Below, one piece after another: positions 20,741 to 30,002 of a stretch of 64,000 nucleotides of DNA. The notes beneath the pieces are model-generated. The model saw only the letters and a program-made list of their open reading frames with translations, made no database searches and was not told the DNA's origin. Made by a program: the position numbers and the translations under genes. The stretch is from contig CAYXQO010000008.1 in NCBI GenBank assembly GCA_964467475.1, forward strand, positions 490-64,489, in the 5' to 3' direction. The stretch is from an uncultured Syntrophomonadaceae bacterium. Its GTDB lineage: Bacteria > Bacillota > Dethiobacteria > DTU022. The first letter of the stretch is position 1. Every line of letters starts with the position of its first letter.

Positions 20741-21223
20741 ATGGAAATTGAACCGAAGGAAAAACTTGACCCCAGGGCTTTAAAAGCGTGGTTTTTCAGC
20801 GGCCTGCTCTGGGGTCTGCTTTTAATGATTGTCCCGGTAGCGTATTTTATCTTAAACAACCTGTTTTGGAATTTGCCTCTTTTTTACGGCTGGCTTGGTG
20901 CCGGTGCGGTAGTTTTATTTATCCTCTGGGAAGCGGTGATCATTCCCAAGCTCAAGTTACACTTTTGGCGCTATGAGATCAGGGAAGAAGAGATTGATAT
21001 CCGCCACGGGGTATTTATTATCAGACGGACGCTGATCCCTATGGTCAGGGTGCAGCATGTCGATACCGAACATGGCCCGGTGATGCGCCTGTTTAACCTG
21101 GCTACCCTGCGCATCTCCACCGCTGCTACTAACCACCGGATCCCCGCCCTTTCCAGGGAAAAGGCTGCGGAGTTGCGCGGAGAAATATCGGCCCTGGCCC
21201 GGGTGAGTGATGAAGATGTATGA
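20741..21223 (+). CDS. bPH_2 (PH-domain) membrane protein, YdbS-like
   Basis: WRYEIREEEIDIRHGVF...IPMVRVQHVD...GPVMRLF; overlaps downstream partner. Confidence 0.88.
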   Translation: MEIEPKEKLDPRALKAWFFSGLLWGLLLMIVPVAYFILNNLFWNLPLFYGWLGAGAVVLFILWEAVIIPKLKLHFWRYEIREEEIDIRHGVFIIRRTLIPMVRVQHVDTEHGPVMRLFNLATLRISTAATNHRIPALSREKAAELRGEISALARVSDEDV

Positions 21224-22733
21224 ACAAAAGCGCCAACATCCGGTAATGATTCCTCTGGCCACCCTCAAGGCAATACCCTACTTGTTGGCTCCCCTGGCAG
21301 TTGTTGTATTTCAGCGTTTTGCCGAGGGCAACTTTTTACAAGCGCTGTTTATTTTTGCCGCAGGCATCGGGGTTTTGCTCGTAGGGATCCTGCCTTTCCA
21401 GGTTCTAAGCTGGGCATACTACACTTACCGCTTTGAAGCCGGTTACCTGCATATTAAGCAGGGAGTGATTTTTAAGAAAGAGCGTTCCATCAAACGGGAA
21501 AGAGTGCAAACGGTTAATATCACCAGGGGGATTATCCAGCGTTTGTTCGGCCTGGCCGGCCTGCAGGTGGAAACCGCAGGCGGCGGCGCGGAATCAGAGC
21601 TTAGCCTGGATGCTGTAACCCTGGAAGAAGCTTACCGGATTAAACGTAACCTCGAAGGTTCTGCAGAAAGGGGTGGTGATGCAGCAGGGGAGGAAACAAG
21701 TGGCGAGAAGGCCACCTGGGGTATTGATGCTGTGATTGAAACTGCCCTTCCGGTAAGACAAAAGGCCGGAGCCGTAGAAGAAGAGAGCCCAAGCGAGGCG
21801 GAAACGGTTTACCAGGCCAGTTACCCCGAGCTTTTTTTGGCAGGCGCCACCTCAGGTGGGTTTTTAGTGCTCTTTTCCATCCTCGGAGTTATTTTTTCCC
21901 AGGTAGCCCCCTATATCCCGGAAACTTTCTGGGAATTTTTACTCGAGCAGGTTACTTCTATTGCGGCAGTAACGATAGCCCTGGTAGTTTTTGTGCTGCT
22001 GCTTTTGTCCTGGATAATTTCTACCGTTACATTTGTAGTGCAGCATGCCAATTTTACACTCAGGCGCAGTCAGGACCGGTTACAAATTTCCTGGGGCATA
22101 ATCGAGCAAAAGCAGCTGGCCCTTAATTTAAATCGGCTCCAGGCCCTGGCCATCCATGAAGGGATTATCCGCCAACCTTTTGGTCGCTGTGCTTTAATTG
22201 CGGAGGTGGCAGGCGGCGGTTCTAAAGAGCAAAATTATGTTACCCTGCTTTTCCCCCTTCTACGCAACAGTGAACTTCCCGGTTTCTTGGAAAAAATTCT
22301 GCCCGAATATCGCCTGCCCTCCGAGATGGTTCCCCTTCCCCGCAGGGCTTTACGCCGCTATATTTTCCGGGCAGTGGCCTTGAGCCTGCTGGTGATAATT
22401 CCCCTGCAGTGGGCTCCTTACGGCTGGCTTGCTTTCCTGCTTTTGATCCCTGCCTTTTTCTGGGGCAGGAGCCGTTACTATGCCGGTGGCACGGCGGTTG
22501 ATGAACAGCAGCTTTCTTTTCGTTTCCGCTTTATCAACCGCTTCCGGGTTCTCATGCGGCGTAACTGTATTCAGTCTTTCCAGGTAAGCGTTAACCCCTT
22601 TCAACGCTGGTGGAACCTGCGCACAGTGCGGGCCTGGGTTTTGTCCTCTCCGGAGGGGAAGTCTTTCCAGGTAACTGATACCGAGCAGGAAGAAGCAAGT
22701 CGCCTGTGGGAATGGTACTCGCGGACGAAATAA
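21207..22733 (+). CDS. bPH_2-repeat membrane protein, YdbT-like
   Basis: Repeated GVIFKKERSIKRERVQTVNI and RLQALAI units between TM segments; paired with YdbS-like gene. Confidence 0.88.
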   Translation: MMKMYEQKRQHPVMIPLATLKAIPYLLAPLAVVVFQRFAEGNFLQALFIFAAGIGVLLVGILPFQVLSWAYYTYRFEAGYLHIKQGVIFKKERSIKRERVQTVNITRGIIQRLFGLAGLQVETAGGGAESELSLDAVTLEEAYRIKRNLEGSAERGGDAAGEETSGEKATWGIDAVIETALPVRQKAGAVEEESPSEAETVYQASYPELFLAGATSGGFLVLFSILGVIFSQVAPYIPETFWEFLLEQVTSIAAVTIALVVFVLLLLSWIISTVTFVVQHANFTLRRSQDRLQISWGIIEQKQLALNLNRLQALAIHEGIIRQPFGRCALIAEVAGGGSKEQNYVTLLFPLLRNSELPGFLEKILPEYRLPSEMVPLPRRALRRYIFRAVALSLLVIIPLQWAPYGWLAFLLLIPAFFWGRSRYYAGGTAVDEQQLSFRFRFINRFRVLMRRNCIQSFQVSVNPFQRWWNLRTVRAWVLSSPEGKSFQVTDTEQEEASRLWEWYSRTK

Positions 22734-22840
22734 CCGCAATTCGGCTTATGCAACTAAACCGGCTACCTGATTGTCTTAAGTATAGAAACCACTGCAGTGA
22801 GGTTAATATAAGTGAAAGATCTAAGAAGGGGGTATTTGGG

Positions 22841-23287
22841 ATGTTCGTCAAATACATACTGCTAATTGCCCTGGTTCCGCTGATGCTATTTGCTTACGGG
22901 TGCGCTGAACCTGCTGAAAACGGGGGAATGGAGGAAACAGTTATCGAACCGCTTAAACCTGAAGAAGGGCTGCCGGCAGAAATTGAAGGATGGATTGAAG
23001 AAAATAAATACGGTTTTGGTGGCCACACCCATGTTTATGATGATCAGCTCTACATTTTGGCAACCTACGGGGAAATGCCGACAGGCGGCTACAGCGTGGA
23101 GATTACTGAAATAGTGGAAAAAGATGACCGGTTGGAGGTCAGTGTCCACTATACTGCCCCGGAAGAAGGAGAGCCGGTCACCCAGGCAATAACCTACCCG
23201 TACGACCTGGTGATAGTTGAAGAAACTGAGCTGCCGGTTGACTTTGTTACTACCGGGGATGATGATGTAGAAGGCTTGAGGGATTAG
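22841..23287 (+). CDS. PrcB C-terminal-family lipoprotein
   Basis: Lipobox AYGC; GEMPTGGYSVEI...VTQAITYPY motif. Confidence 0.8.
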   Translation: MFVKYILLIALVPLMLFAYGCAEPAENGGMEETVIEPLKPEEGLPAEIEGWIEENKYGFGGHTHVYDDQLYILATYGEMPTGGYSVEITEIVEKDDRLEVSVHYTAPEEGEPVTQAITYPYDLVIVEETELPVDFVTTGDDDVEGLRD

Positions 23288-23302
23288 TAAGATCAAGGAA
23301 GA

Positions 23303-23335
23303 GCCCGTCTCATGATGAGGCGGGTTTTTCTTTTT
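23303..23335 (+). terminator. Rho-independent terminator
   Basis: GCCCGTCTCA-TGA-TGAGGCGGGT followed by a T-tract. Confidence 0.8.
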
Positions 23336-23409
23336 GCTATAATAACTGTAAGAGTAGCGGTAAAAGGGTAAGAGTTAACTATAGAGAATGATTGTGTATG
23401 CGTGTCTAA

Positions 23410-23494
23410 TCAGCCGTGCTGCCTTTGGACTGAAGACGGCTCACCTAAGGGTAATGGCAGCGACTAAAGCTTTCAGGCTTTCACTTAGGTTGCC
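23410..23494. repeat. Truncated, diverged copy of the left end of the MITE-like element
   Basis: TCAGCCGTGCTGCCTTTGGACTG...GACGGCTCA...GGGTAATGGCA...CAGGCTTTC...GGTTGCC aligns to 18493-18574. Confidence 0.75.
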
Positions 23495-23607
23495 TTTTAG
23501 TGTTAGCAATATAAGGCTCGGGGGAGGGTGGTATTGCTTCCATGCAAGGAAGCAAGACCCCCGTCCCCCTGCTTCTAAAGGGAAAAATAGGGGCAGGTTT
23601 TGAAAAT

Positions 23608-24711
23608 ATGGCAAACAAGACACCAGATGAAAGCAAACTACAGCGCCGGTTCAGCAGGCGACGGTTTGTCAAGCTGCTTCTTGCAGCAGCTGCTGCTTTG
23701 GGGCTAAGCGGTTGTGCCGGTTTCTTCGGTTTGGATGAGGAAGAAGCCGAACCGGAAGAGGAGCCGCTGGATGAGAAAGTAGATGACAAGAAAGATAAAA
23801 GTGAGGCGGAAAAGCGCCGGGAAGAAGAGAAAAAGGCTGAAGAACCTGGTCCGGAAAAAGAAAAAGGCGTAGCCGGCATGCCGCTCAGGGAACTGGGTAA
23901 AACCGGCTGTATGGTCAGCATTCTCGGCCTGGGCGGTTCTTTTACAGTTGCAGCAAAAGACAGGCCGGAGGAAGCAGAAAAAATGGTCCACCGGGCCCTG
24001 GACTTAGGGGTTAACTATATTGATACGGCTCCTTCATACGGGGCCAGTGAAGAAAATATCGGCAGAGCACTTAAAAAACGTCGCAGCGAAGTATTCCTGG
24101 CGAGCAAAACTATAGAGCGCACTTATGATGGGACGATGAAGCTTTTCGAGCAGAGCTTAAAGCGGCTGCAGACAGATCATCTTGATTTGCTGCAAATCCA
24201 CGGCTTGCATTCTGAAGAGGAACTTTCGCAAGTAATGGCAGAAGGCGGTGCCCTGGAAGCGCTGGAAGAATTAAAAAAGGAAGGTTTGATTCGTTTTACC
24301 GGGGTGACCGGGCACAGGGATCCCGCTGTGTTACTCGAAGCCATCGAAACCTGTGATTTTGATTGCGTCCTGCTCTCTTTGAACCCGGCGGATCCTTTTT
24401 ATCAGCCTTTACAGGAAGCTGTATTGCCCCGGGCCCGGGAGAAAAACATGGGTATTATTGCTATGAAAATAGCCGCCTACGGCCGCCTGTTCCGGGAGAA
24501 TGGCCTTGAGAGGATGGAAAAAGCTTTAGGGTATGCCTTGAGTTTTCCGGTCAGCACAGCAGTAGTGGGAATGTCCGACCTTGATGAGCTGGAGGAAAAT
24601 GCGCGCCTGGCCAAAGAATATGAGAAGCTTTCCCCGGAAGAGCTGCAGCGTTTAGAAGAGCTGGTGGAACCTTATCAAGGTGAAGTTAATTTTTTCAAAA
24701 AAGATTGGTAG
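23608..24711 (+). CDS. Aldo/keto reductase with Tat lipoprotein signal
   Basis: SRRRFVK twin-arginine motif, lipobox LSGC, charged linker, AKR motifs GLGG, DTAPSYG, ASK, LLQIH. Confidence 0.88.
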   Translation: MANKTPDESKLQRRFSRRRFVKLLLAAAAALGLSGCAGFFGLDEEEAEPEEEPLDEKVDDKKDKSEAEKRREEEKKAEEPGPEKEKGVAGMPLRELGKTGCMVSILGLGGSFTVAAKDRPEEAEKMVHRALDLGVNYIDTAPSYGASEENIGRALKKRRSEVFLASKTIERTYDGTMKLFEQSLKRLQTDHLDLLQIHGLHSEEELSQVMAEGGALEALEELKKEGLIRFTGVTGHRDPAVLLEAIETCDFDCVLLSLNPADPFYQPLQEAVLPRAREKNMGIIAMKIAAYGRLFRENGLERMEKALGYALSFPVSTAVVGMSDLDELEENARLAKEYEKLSPEELQRLEELVEPYQGEVNFFKKDW

Positions 24712-24808
24712 AAAAGGTTTTCTCAAGCCATAGTTTTTTAGCCTGTTTACAAAGAGGAAGCTCTAATATCCTGGGTTATCTTTAAAATACACTAAGGAGG
24801 TTTTTTTG

Positions 24809-25009
24809 TTGCCAACCATATTTTTTTACGGACCGGAGTTGGATAAAGAGAAAAAGCGGGAGATGATTGAATCATTCACTGAAACAGCCAGCAAGGCAAC
24901 CGGAATCGACAAGTCTGCTTTCGTGGTCTACCTGCGGCCTTCAAGACCGGAAGATGTAGGTGTAGGTGGGCAGTTGTTGGAAGATAAAAAGAAGCAGGAA
25001 TCCGGGTAA
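24809..25009 (+). CDS. 4-oxalocrotonate tautomerase-family protein (DmpI-like)
   Basis: TTG start gives the catalytic Pro1 (M-PTIFFYGP); DVGVGG motif; strong RBS. Confidence 0.85.
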   Translation: MPTIFFYGPELDKEKKREMIESFTETASKATGIDKSAFVVYLRPSRPEDVGVGGQLLEDKKKQESG

Positions 25010-25084
25010 GATGGCATCTTTTCTCCGGGGGAAAGTTTATGCCCGGGAAAATTTATTGCCGGCTTTTCGATTGAAAGCTAATGA

Positions 25085-26332
25085 TCAAGTTGCATTATTT
25101 GTTAGCAGTGTGCCACGGCAAAAAGTTGCCTGGACGTTGTAATGATCGTCTAAAACGACCAGGTCGGCATCTTTGCCTGTTTCCAGGGAGCCTTTACGTT
25201 TGCTTGTACTGATTACCCGGGCCGGGTTGATTGTCGCAGCGGGGAGCACTGCTTCCAGACTTAAGCCTGACATTTCCACGGCCCCCTTCAGGGCCTGGTT
25301 CATGGTTAAAACACTGCCGGCCAGGTTACCGTTTTCAAGGAAGGCTTTCCCCTGCCGGTAGATAATTTTTTTATCGCCAAGAAGGCATTCACCGCCGGGC
25401 AGCCCGCAAACGGCAAGAGCATCTGTAACCAGGACGGTTTTTCCTCCGGGCTTGGCCCGGAAAAAAAGATCTACCGCGGCAGGATGGGTGTGCACACCAT
25501 CAGCAATGATTTCCGCCGAAAGCCGGTCATCTGTGAGAGCTGCCCCGAGCACTCCCGGGGAGCGGTGGTGAAAGCGGCGCATTGCCGAGAAAGTATGGAC
25601 GACGTGGCGCAAGCCGCAGGCCACTGCTTGCTCTACTTCTTCCACGCTTGCCCCGCTGTGCCCGAGCGCTACTGTCACCTCTTTGTTCTTCAGGTAGCTG
25701 ATTGCCTCCAAGGCATGGGGGAGTTCAGGAGAAAGGGTGAGTATTTTCAGGTTTTCGCCCAAAAAAGCGGCCAGGTCTTCGATTAATTCTGCTTCCGGGT
25801 TTTTTAAGTATTCCATGCTGTGTGCGCCCTTGTACCAGGGGTTTAAGAAAGGGCCTTCTAAGTGCATCCCCAAAATTTCAGGTGAACCAGGGCCCTGCCT
25901 TTTGCGTATGGCGGAGAGATTACTTGCTGTTTGTTTTAAATGTTCAATCGGGGCTGAAACCATGGTCGGCACCAGTGCAGTGGTTCCACCAGAGGTACCG
26001 TGATGGTAAATGGCTTTTTCACCTTCTTTACCTGAAGCAATCGTGAAATCGAATCCTAATGCACCGTGCACATGGATATCTACAAATCCGGGCATAATTT
26101 TATACTCGCAGCAATCGATTAAAAGATGCCGGTCTCCGGTTTTTGCCTGGGGCGGGTCTCCTTTAAAAACCTGTTCGAGAATGTTTCCGCGGATTACCAC
26201 GCCGCCATAAAATTTCTCCCAGGGGGTGTAGACAATCCCGTTATAGAGGGTAAAACAATCTAATTTACTTGATCTGATTGTGCCGGCGCTTTCACTGATT
26301 GTAATTATGCTAGGTTTGCCTTTTTCTTGCAA
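25085..26332 (-). CDS. nagA: N-acetylglucosamine-6-phosphate deacetylase
   Basis: PGFVDIHVHG, HLEGPF, KGAH, GHS, HTFSAM, VTDA, LAGS. Confidence 0.93.
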   Translation of the reverse strand: MQEKGKPSIITISESAGTIRSSKLDCFTLYNGIVYTPWEKFYGGVVIRGNILEQVFKGDPPQAKTGDRHLLIDCCEYKIMPGFVDIHVHGALGFDFTIASGKEGEKAIYHHGTSGGTTALVPTMVSAPIEHLKQTASNLSAIRKRQGPGSPEILGMHLEGPFLNPWYKGAHSMEYLKNPEAELIEDLAAFLGENLKILTLSPELPHALEAISYLKNKEVTVALGHSGASVEEVEQAVACGLRHVVHTFSAMRRFHHRSPGVLGAALTDDRLSAEIIADGVHTHPAAVDLFFRAKPGGKTVLVTDALAVCGLPGGECLLGDKKIIYRQGKAFLENGNLAGSVLTMNQALKGAVEMSGLSLEAVLPAATINPARVISTSKRKGSLETGKDADLVVLDDHYNVQATFCRGTLLTNNAT

Positions 26333-26351
26333 GCTAATATGACCCTCCCTC

Positions 26352-26999
26352 TTACCGGGGCTTTTCTGCTTTGTTGTGGTGGAGATTTTCTTTGAACAAA
26401 TGATAAGCGGTGAAATAGGGAGTCGATTTACTTTCTAAAATCCGGTAATTAAGATGTTGATATAGCTCTTTGTTTATTTCGTCTCCGGTATACAGGTATA
26501 TACCCGAGGCGCTGCTGTCGGCAGAACATACCTGGTCGGCTTTTTCAAGCAGCAGACGGCCGATGCCCTTGCCCTGGTGGGCAGGGTGGACAGCCAAACC
26601 TTCCAAAGAATAGTGTTTTTTCGGCAGGTTGCCTGGTGGTTGTACTGCTGTGCTCAAGTGGGTAGCCTTTATAAATTGCGGCATCAACCAGGCAAAAGCA
26701 GGTAAGTTTGGTAGGAGGCGGCGCAGGTGCAGTCCAAAAGGAATTTTCACATGCGGGGACCTTAAGATAAACATGCCGAGCAAACTCGAGTTCTCAAAAG
26801 CCCCGTATGCTTGGTGTCCCGCTTCCAGGTACAAAGATAACTTGTAGCGGACCGCCTGGAAATAAACCGCTCGGCTTTTTTGATGAGACAAATCCAACAG
26901 GGATTTTGTAAAAGCTTCTTTCTTGAAAGCATCAAGAAATAGATCAACTGCCCGGTCTAAATCTTTTTCCTGCAGTAAAGAGACCCTTGTATTGCTCAT
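26352..26999 (-). CDS. GNAT-family N-acetyltransferase
   Basis: LAVHPAHQGKGIG acetyl-CoA motif A. Confidence 0.85.
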   Translation of the reverse strand: MSNTRVSLLQEKDLDRAVDLFLDAFKKEAFTKSLLDLSHQKSRAVYFQAVRYKLSLYLEAGHQAYGAFENSSLLGMFILRSPHVKIPFGLHLRRLLPNLPAFAWLMPQFIKATHLSTAVQPPGNLPKKHYSLEGLAVHPAHQGKGIGRLLLEKADQVCSADSSASGIYLYTGDEINKELYQHLNYRILESKSTPYFTAYHLFKENLHHNKAEKPR

Positions 27000-27305
27000 A
27001 TTTAAAAGTGCTCCTGTACTAGTTTAAAGTGCTGCTTCTAATCACAGCCGGGTTGAAATAATTATATCATTTGATGTCTAATTTTCCAGGATCTATTGAA
27101 ATAGAATGCGTTTTCAACGCCTATTTGCCGGTATAAAAGAGCAAGCTTTAGCTGAGGTTAAAAGTAATGCCTTGAATTAATCATCAGGTATGATAAAATT
27201 ACAAAAGCCAGTGTCAAAAATATGGCTCTTTTTATTCAGGAGTATTTCCTGCTACTAGCAGAGTGGATTTAAATTTCGGGTTAAATAGGTTAACGGAGGT
27301 TGGTT

Positions 27306-27917
27306 ATGGTCAAGAGGGTTTTTTGTTTGGCGTTTTGCTTTCTTGTTTTACTTTTTGCTTTTGGATGTGGAGATACTAACGATGAACCTGTTGCCGGTGA
27401 TGATGAAATTGCGATTGAAGTAGCTAATCATACTGAAGAAATAATGATTTCACATGTGTTGTTTTACGGTACCGATCTTGATGAATGGGGCGAAGACCTC
27501 TTGAACGAGGATGAGATTGAACCCGGCGATGAAAGAATCTTCATCATGCCTGAGGGTGAATACACGGTTATCCCGATGACCTATAATTACTACTTGTTGC
27601 CGTCAGCAAGGAACATCAGCGAAGATTATACCCTTGAAGTAGGAGAAGAGGGTAAGTTCCCTATCCAGGTCACCAATCAAAAAGAAGTAGATATCGGCTT
27701 TATCTATTTGTCTCCCAGCGAAAGTGAAGATTGGGGGGAGGACTGGCTAGGTGATGAAGTGCTTCCTGCCGGTACTACCAGGTATTTCTTTGCCGAACCT
27801 GATACATACGATATTATGATCCTGGACTTAGAAGGCGAACCGGTTTTAGACGGTTACGATATAGAAGTTGATAGTGAAAGGCGGTTTATCATCGAAGAAG
27901 GGGAGATGGATGATTAA
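27306..27917 (+). CDS. Acidic lipoprotein of unknown function with two internal repeats
   Basis: Lipobox AFGC; duplicated units DEWGEDLLNEDEIEPG...EGEYTV and EDWGEDWLGDEVLPAG...PDTYDI. Confidence 0.75.
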   Translation: MVKRVFCLAFCFLVLLFAFGCGDTNDEPVAGDDEIAIEVANHTEEIMISHVLFYGTDLDEWGEDLLNEDEIEPGDERIFIMPEGEYTVIPMTYNYYLLPSARNISEDYTLEVGEEGKFPIQVTNQKEVDIGFIYLSPSESEDWGEDWLGDEVLPAGTTRYFFAEPDTYDIMILDLEGEPVLDGYDIEVDSERRFIIEEGEMDD

Positions 27918-27918
27918 T

Positions 27919-29058
27919 TTAACCTGTTTGCCCGGTTCTCCACAGCCTGAGTGCCTCGGCGCTTTTTATTTCGAGCAGTTCCGGCCCCCGGGAAATTGAT
28001 TCTTCCAGAGACAGCGGTCCATCGGCCACAGCAAAGCAGGCAGTGATGCCTTCCCGGTGAAAAACGTCCAGGTCGCCCTCAAGACTGCCCGCAAGAGCGA
28101 TGACCGGAACATTGTATTTAGCTGCACGCCTGGCTACGCCTACCGGTGCCTTGCCGTGGGCTGATTGGCCGTCTAACTTGCCTTCCCCGGTAATCAGCAA
28201 ATCTGTGCCTGGCAGGTATTGATCAATTTTCAAAGCATCAAGGACCAGTTCAATCCCGGAGCGGAGTTCTGCTCCTAAAAATGTAATCAACCCGGCTCCC
28301 AGGCCTCCAGCCGCTCCGGAGCCCGGAATTTCATTGACCTCTAACCCGAGGTCTTTTTTGATCACCCGGGCATAGTTTTGCAGTGCCCGGTCCAACTGTT
28401 CCACCATTTCTGGCGTAGCCCCTTTTTGAGGTCCGTATACATAAGCAGCCCCGTTTTCTCCGGTCAGGGGGTTATTCACGTCGCAGGCCACCAGTGTTTC
28501 TACCTGTCTCAGGCGGGGGTCAAGGCCGGAAATGTCGATTTTTTCAAGTTTTTCAAGGGCTACTCCCCCGGTTTCCAGTTCTTTTCCAAACCGGTCATAA
28601 AATTTTGCTCCCAGGGCCTGGGCCATACCCGCGCCCCCGTCATTGGTGGCACTACCACCGATTCCAATGATCAATCTGCTGCAACCGTGGTCCAGGGATG
28701 CCTTAATTAGTTCCCCGGTTCCATAGGTGCTGGTAAAAAATGGGTTTCTTTCTGCTTCCGGGATTAAGTGCAGGCCGGATGCCGCAGCCATTTCTATTAC
28801 ACTCGTGTTCCCTTCATCGGTAAGGCCCCAGACAGCTTCTACCGGCTTGCCCAGTGGTCCGGTAACTGTACTGGTTTGCAGGTTGTCCCGGTTTTTCCCG
28901 GCCAGGGAATCCACCAGTCCTTCTCCACCGTCCGACAGGGGCAAGAGAACCAGTTTTGCACCGGGCAGAACATTTGCTGCCGCTTTTTTTATTCGCTCGG
29001 CAGCTTCGGGAGCAGACATGCTACCTTTGAATTTATCGGGGGCAATAATCAGCTGCAT
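27919..29058 (-). CDS. Glycerate kinase (GlxK/GarK family)
   Basis: IIAPDKFKGS, PLSDGGEG, EMAAASG, GIGGSATNDGG, TGEGKLD, GKAP. Confidence 0.95.
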   Translation of the reverse strand: MQLIIAPDKFKGSMSAPEAAERIKKAAANVLPGAKLVLLPLSDGGEGLVDSLAGKNRDNLQTSTVTGPLGKPVEAVWGLTDEGNTSVIEMAAASGLHLIPEAERNPFFTSTYGTGELIKASLDHGCSRLIIGIGGSATNDGGAGMAQALGAKFYDRFGKELETGGVALEKLEKIDISGLDPRLRQVETLVACDVNNPLTGENGAAYVYGPQKGATPEMVEQLDRALQNYARVIKKDLGLEVNEIPGSGAAGGLGAGLITFLGAELRSGIELVLDALKIDQYLPGTDLLITGEGKLDGQSAHGKAPVGVARRAAKYNVPVIALAGSLEGDLDVFHREGITACFAVADGPLSLEESISRGPELLEIKSAEALRLWRTGQTG

Positions 29059-29216
29059 AGAATCCCTCCATCTTAAAATTTCTATATCCGGAGGGGCAAT
29101 CCTTTTTTTGGGAGGTTAAATTTTTTCTATATACCCTTGGGGGTATTTATGTTATAATAAGAGTAGTTCTTAAATTAAGCTTGTTCCTAAGCTAAACTCA
29201 TTAGGGAGGGATATTA

Positions 29217-29492
29217 GTGGCTAAAATAAAATTAACCCAGGCTGCTCTTGAAAAGATGAAAAACGGTGGCGCACCATACACTCTCTACCTGAAATGTAGT
29301 GGAGGTTGAGGGGGAACAACTGTATCCCCTGCCGTGACTGCAGGTAAACCGGAAATGGAGGAAAATTTTCAGGAGATAGAAGTCGAAGGGATTCCCTTTT
29401 ATGTGCGTAACGAAATGGCCGGTAATGCTTACCAGGTAGACTGGGTTGGCATTTGGAAGATTGGCACTTTTGTGGTAAAAGAATTGCAATAG
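29217..29492 (+). CDS. Small HesB/IscA-like selenoprotein (in-frame UGA at codon 31), 91 aa
   Basis: GGAGGG RBS plus GTG; reads MAKIKLTQAALEKMKNGGAPYTLYLKCSGG-TGA-GGTTVSPAVTAGKPEMEENFQEIEVEGIPFYV...KELQ-TAG; downstream part has no own RBS and looks coding; absent from ORF track. Confidence 0.75.
29328..29344 (+). promoter_or_regulatory. Candidate bacterial SECIS hairpin
   Basis: CCTGC-CGTGACT-GCAGG; apical loop begins 23 nt after the UGA and has G at its second position. Confidence 0.5.
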
Positions 29493-29498
29493 GTAGAC

Positions 29499-29533
29499 AA
29501 ATATCGGGACGGTTTAAACCGGTCCCGATATTT
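29499..29533. terminator. Bidirectional terminator between convergent selenoprotein and rubredoxin genes
   Basis: 12-bp perfect inverted repeat AAATATCGGGAC / GTCCCGATATTT. Confidence 0.75.
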
Positions 29534-29583
29534 GTTTGCGGTTTTTGTTTCCTCCGGCATGCTGTTTGAATCTGTCCAGGTAA

Positions 29584-29754
29584 TCAACCGGTTTCCGGAA
29601 CGGCTTGAAATTCGTCTTTATCAGCACCGCAGACGGGACATTTCCAGGTATCGGGAAGGTCTTCGAAAGCAGTGCCCGGGGAAATGCCGTTATCGGGATC
29701 GCCCTTCTGGGGATCATAAGTGTAGTCGCAGAGTTCACACATGTAGCTTTGCAT
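29584..29754 (-). CDS. Rubredoxin (56 aa)
   Basis: [56 protein letters not shown]; two CxxC motifs; GGAGG RBS; below the ORF-track length cutoff. Confidence 0.96.
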   Translation of the reverse strand: MQSYMCELCDYTYDPQKGDPDNGISPGTAFEDLPDTWKCPVCGADKDEFQAVPETG

Positions 29755-30002
29755 TTTTATTCCTCCAGAATTTAAGTTTTAGTTAAGCCTACCGGTAACA
29801 GGCTTTTTAAAATAATAGTTGATCAAGCTTAATATGTCAAACAATTTAAGCCTGCTACTAAAAAAAGGTAAAATTGCTCAGCTATTATAAGGCTACTGGT
29901 TAAATTGCCTGGATTTTCATTACTGGCTTATCAGGCTTAATATAAAAAACACTGAACAGGCACAGGTACATTAATTATAGAAGCACAAGAAAGGATGTAA
30001 GT

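Noticed and set aside
29232-29786. ORF-track entries 29232-29489(-), 29514-29738(-) and 29532-29786(+)
   Set aside because: Shadow frames of the selenoprotein and rubredoxin genes
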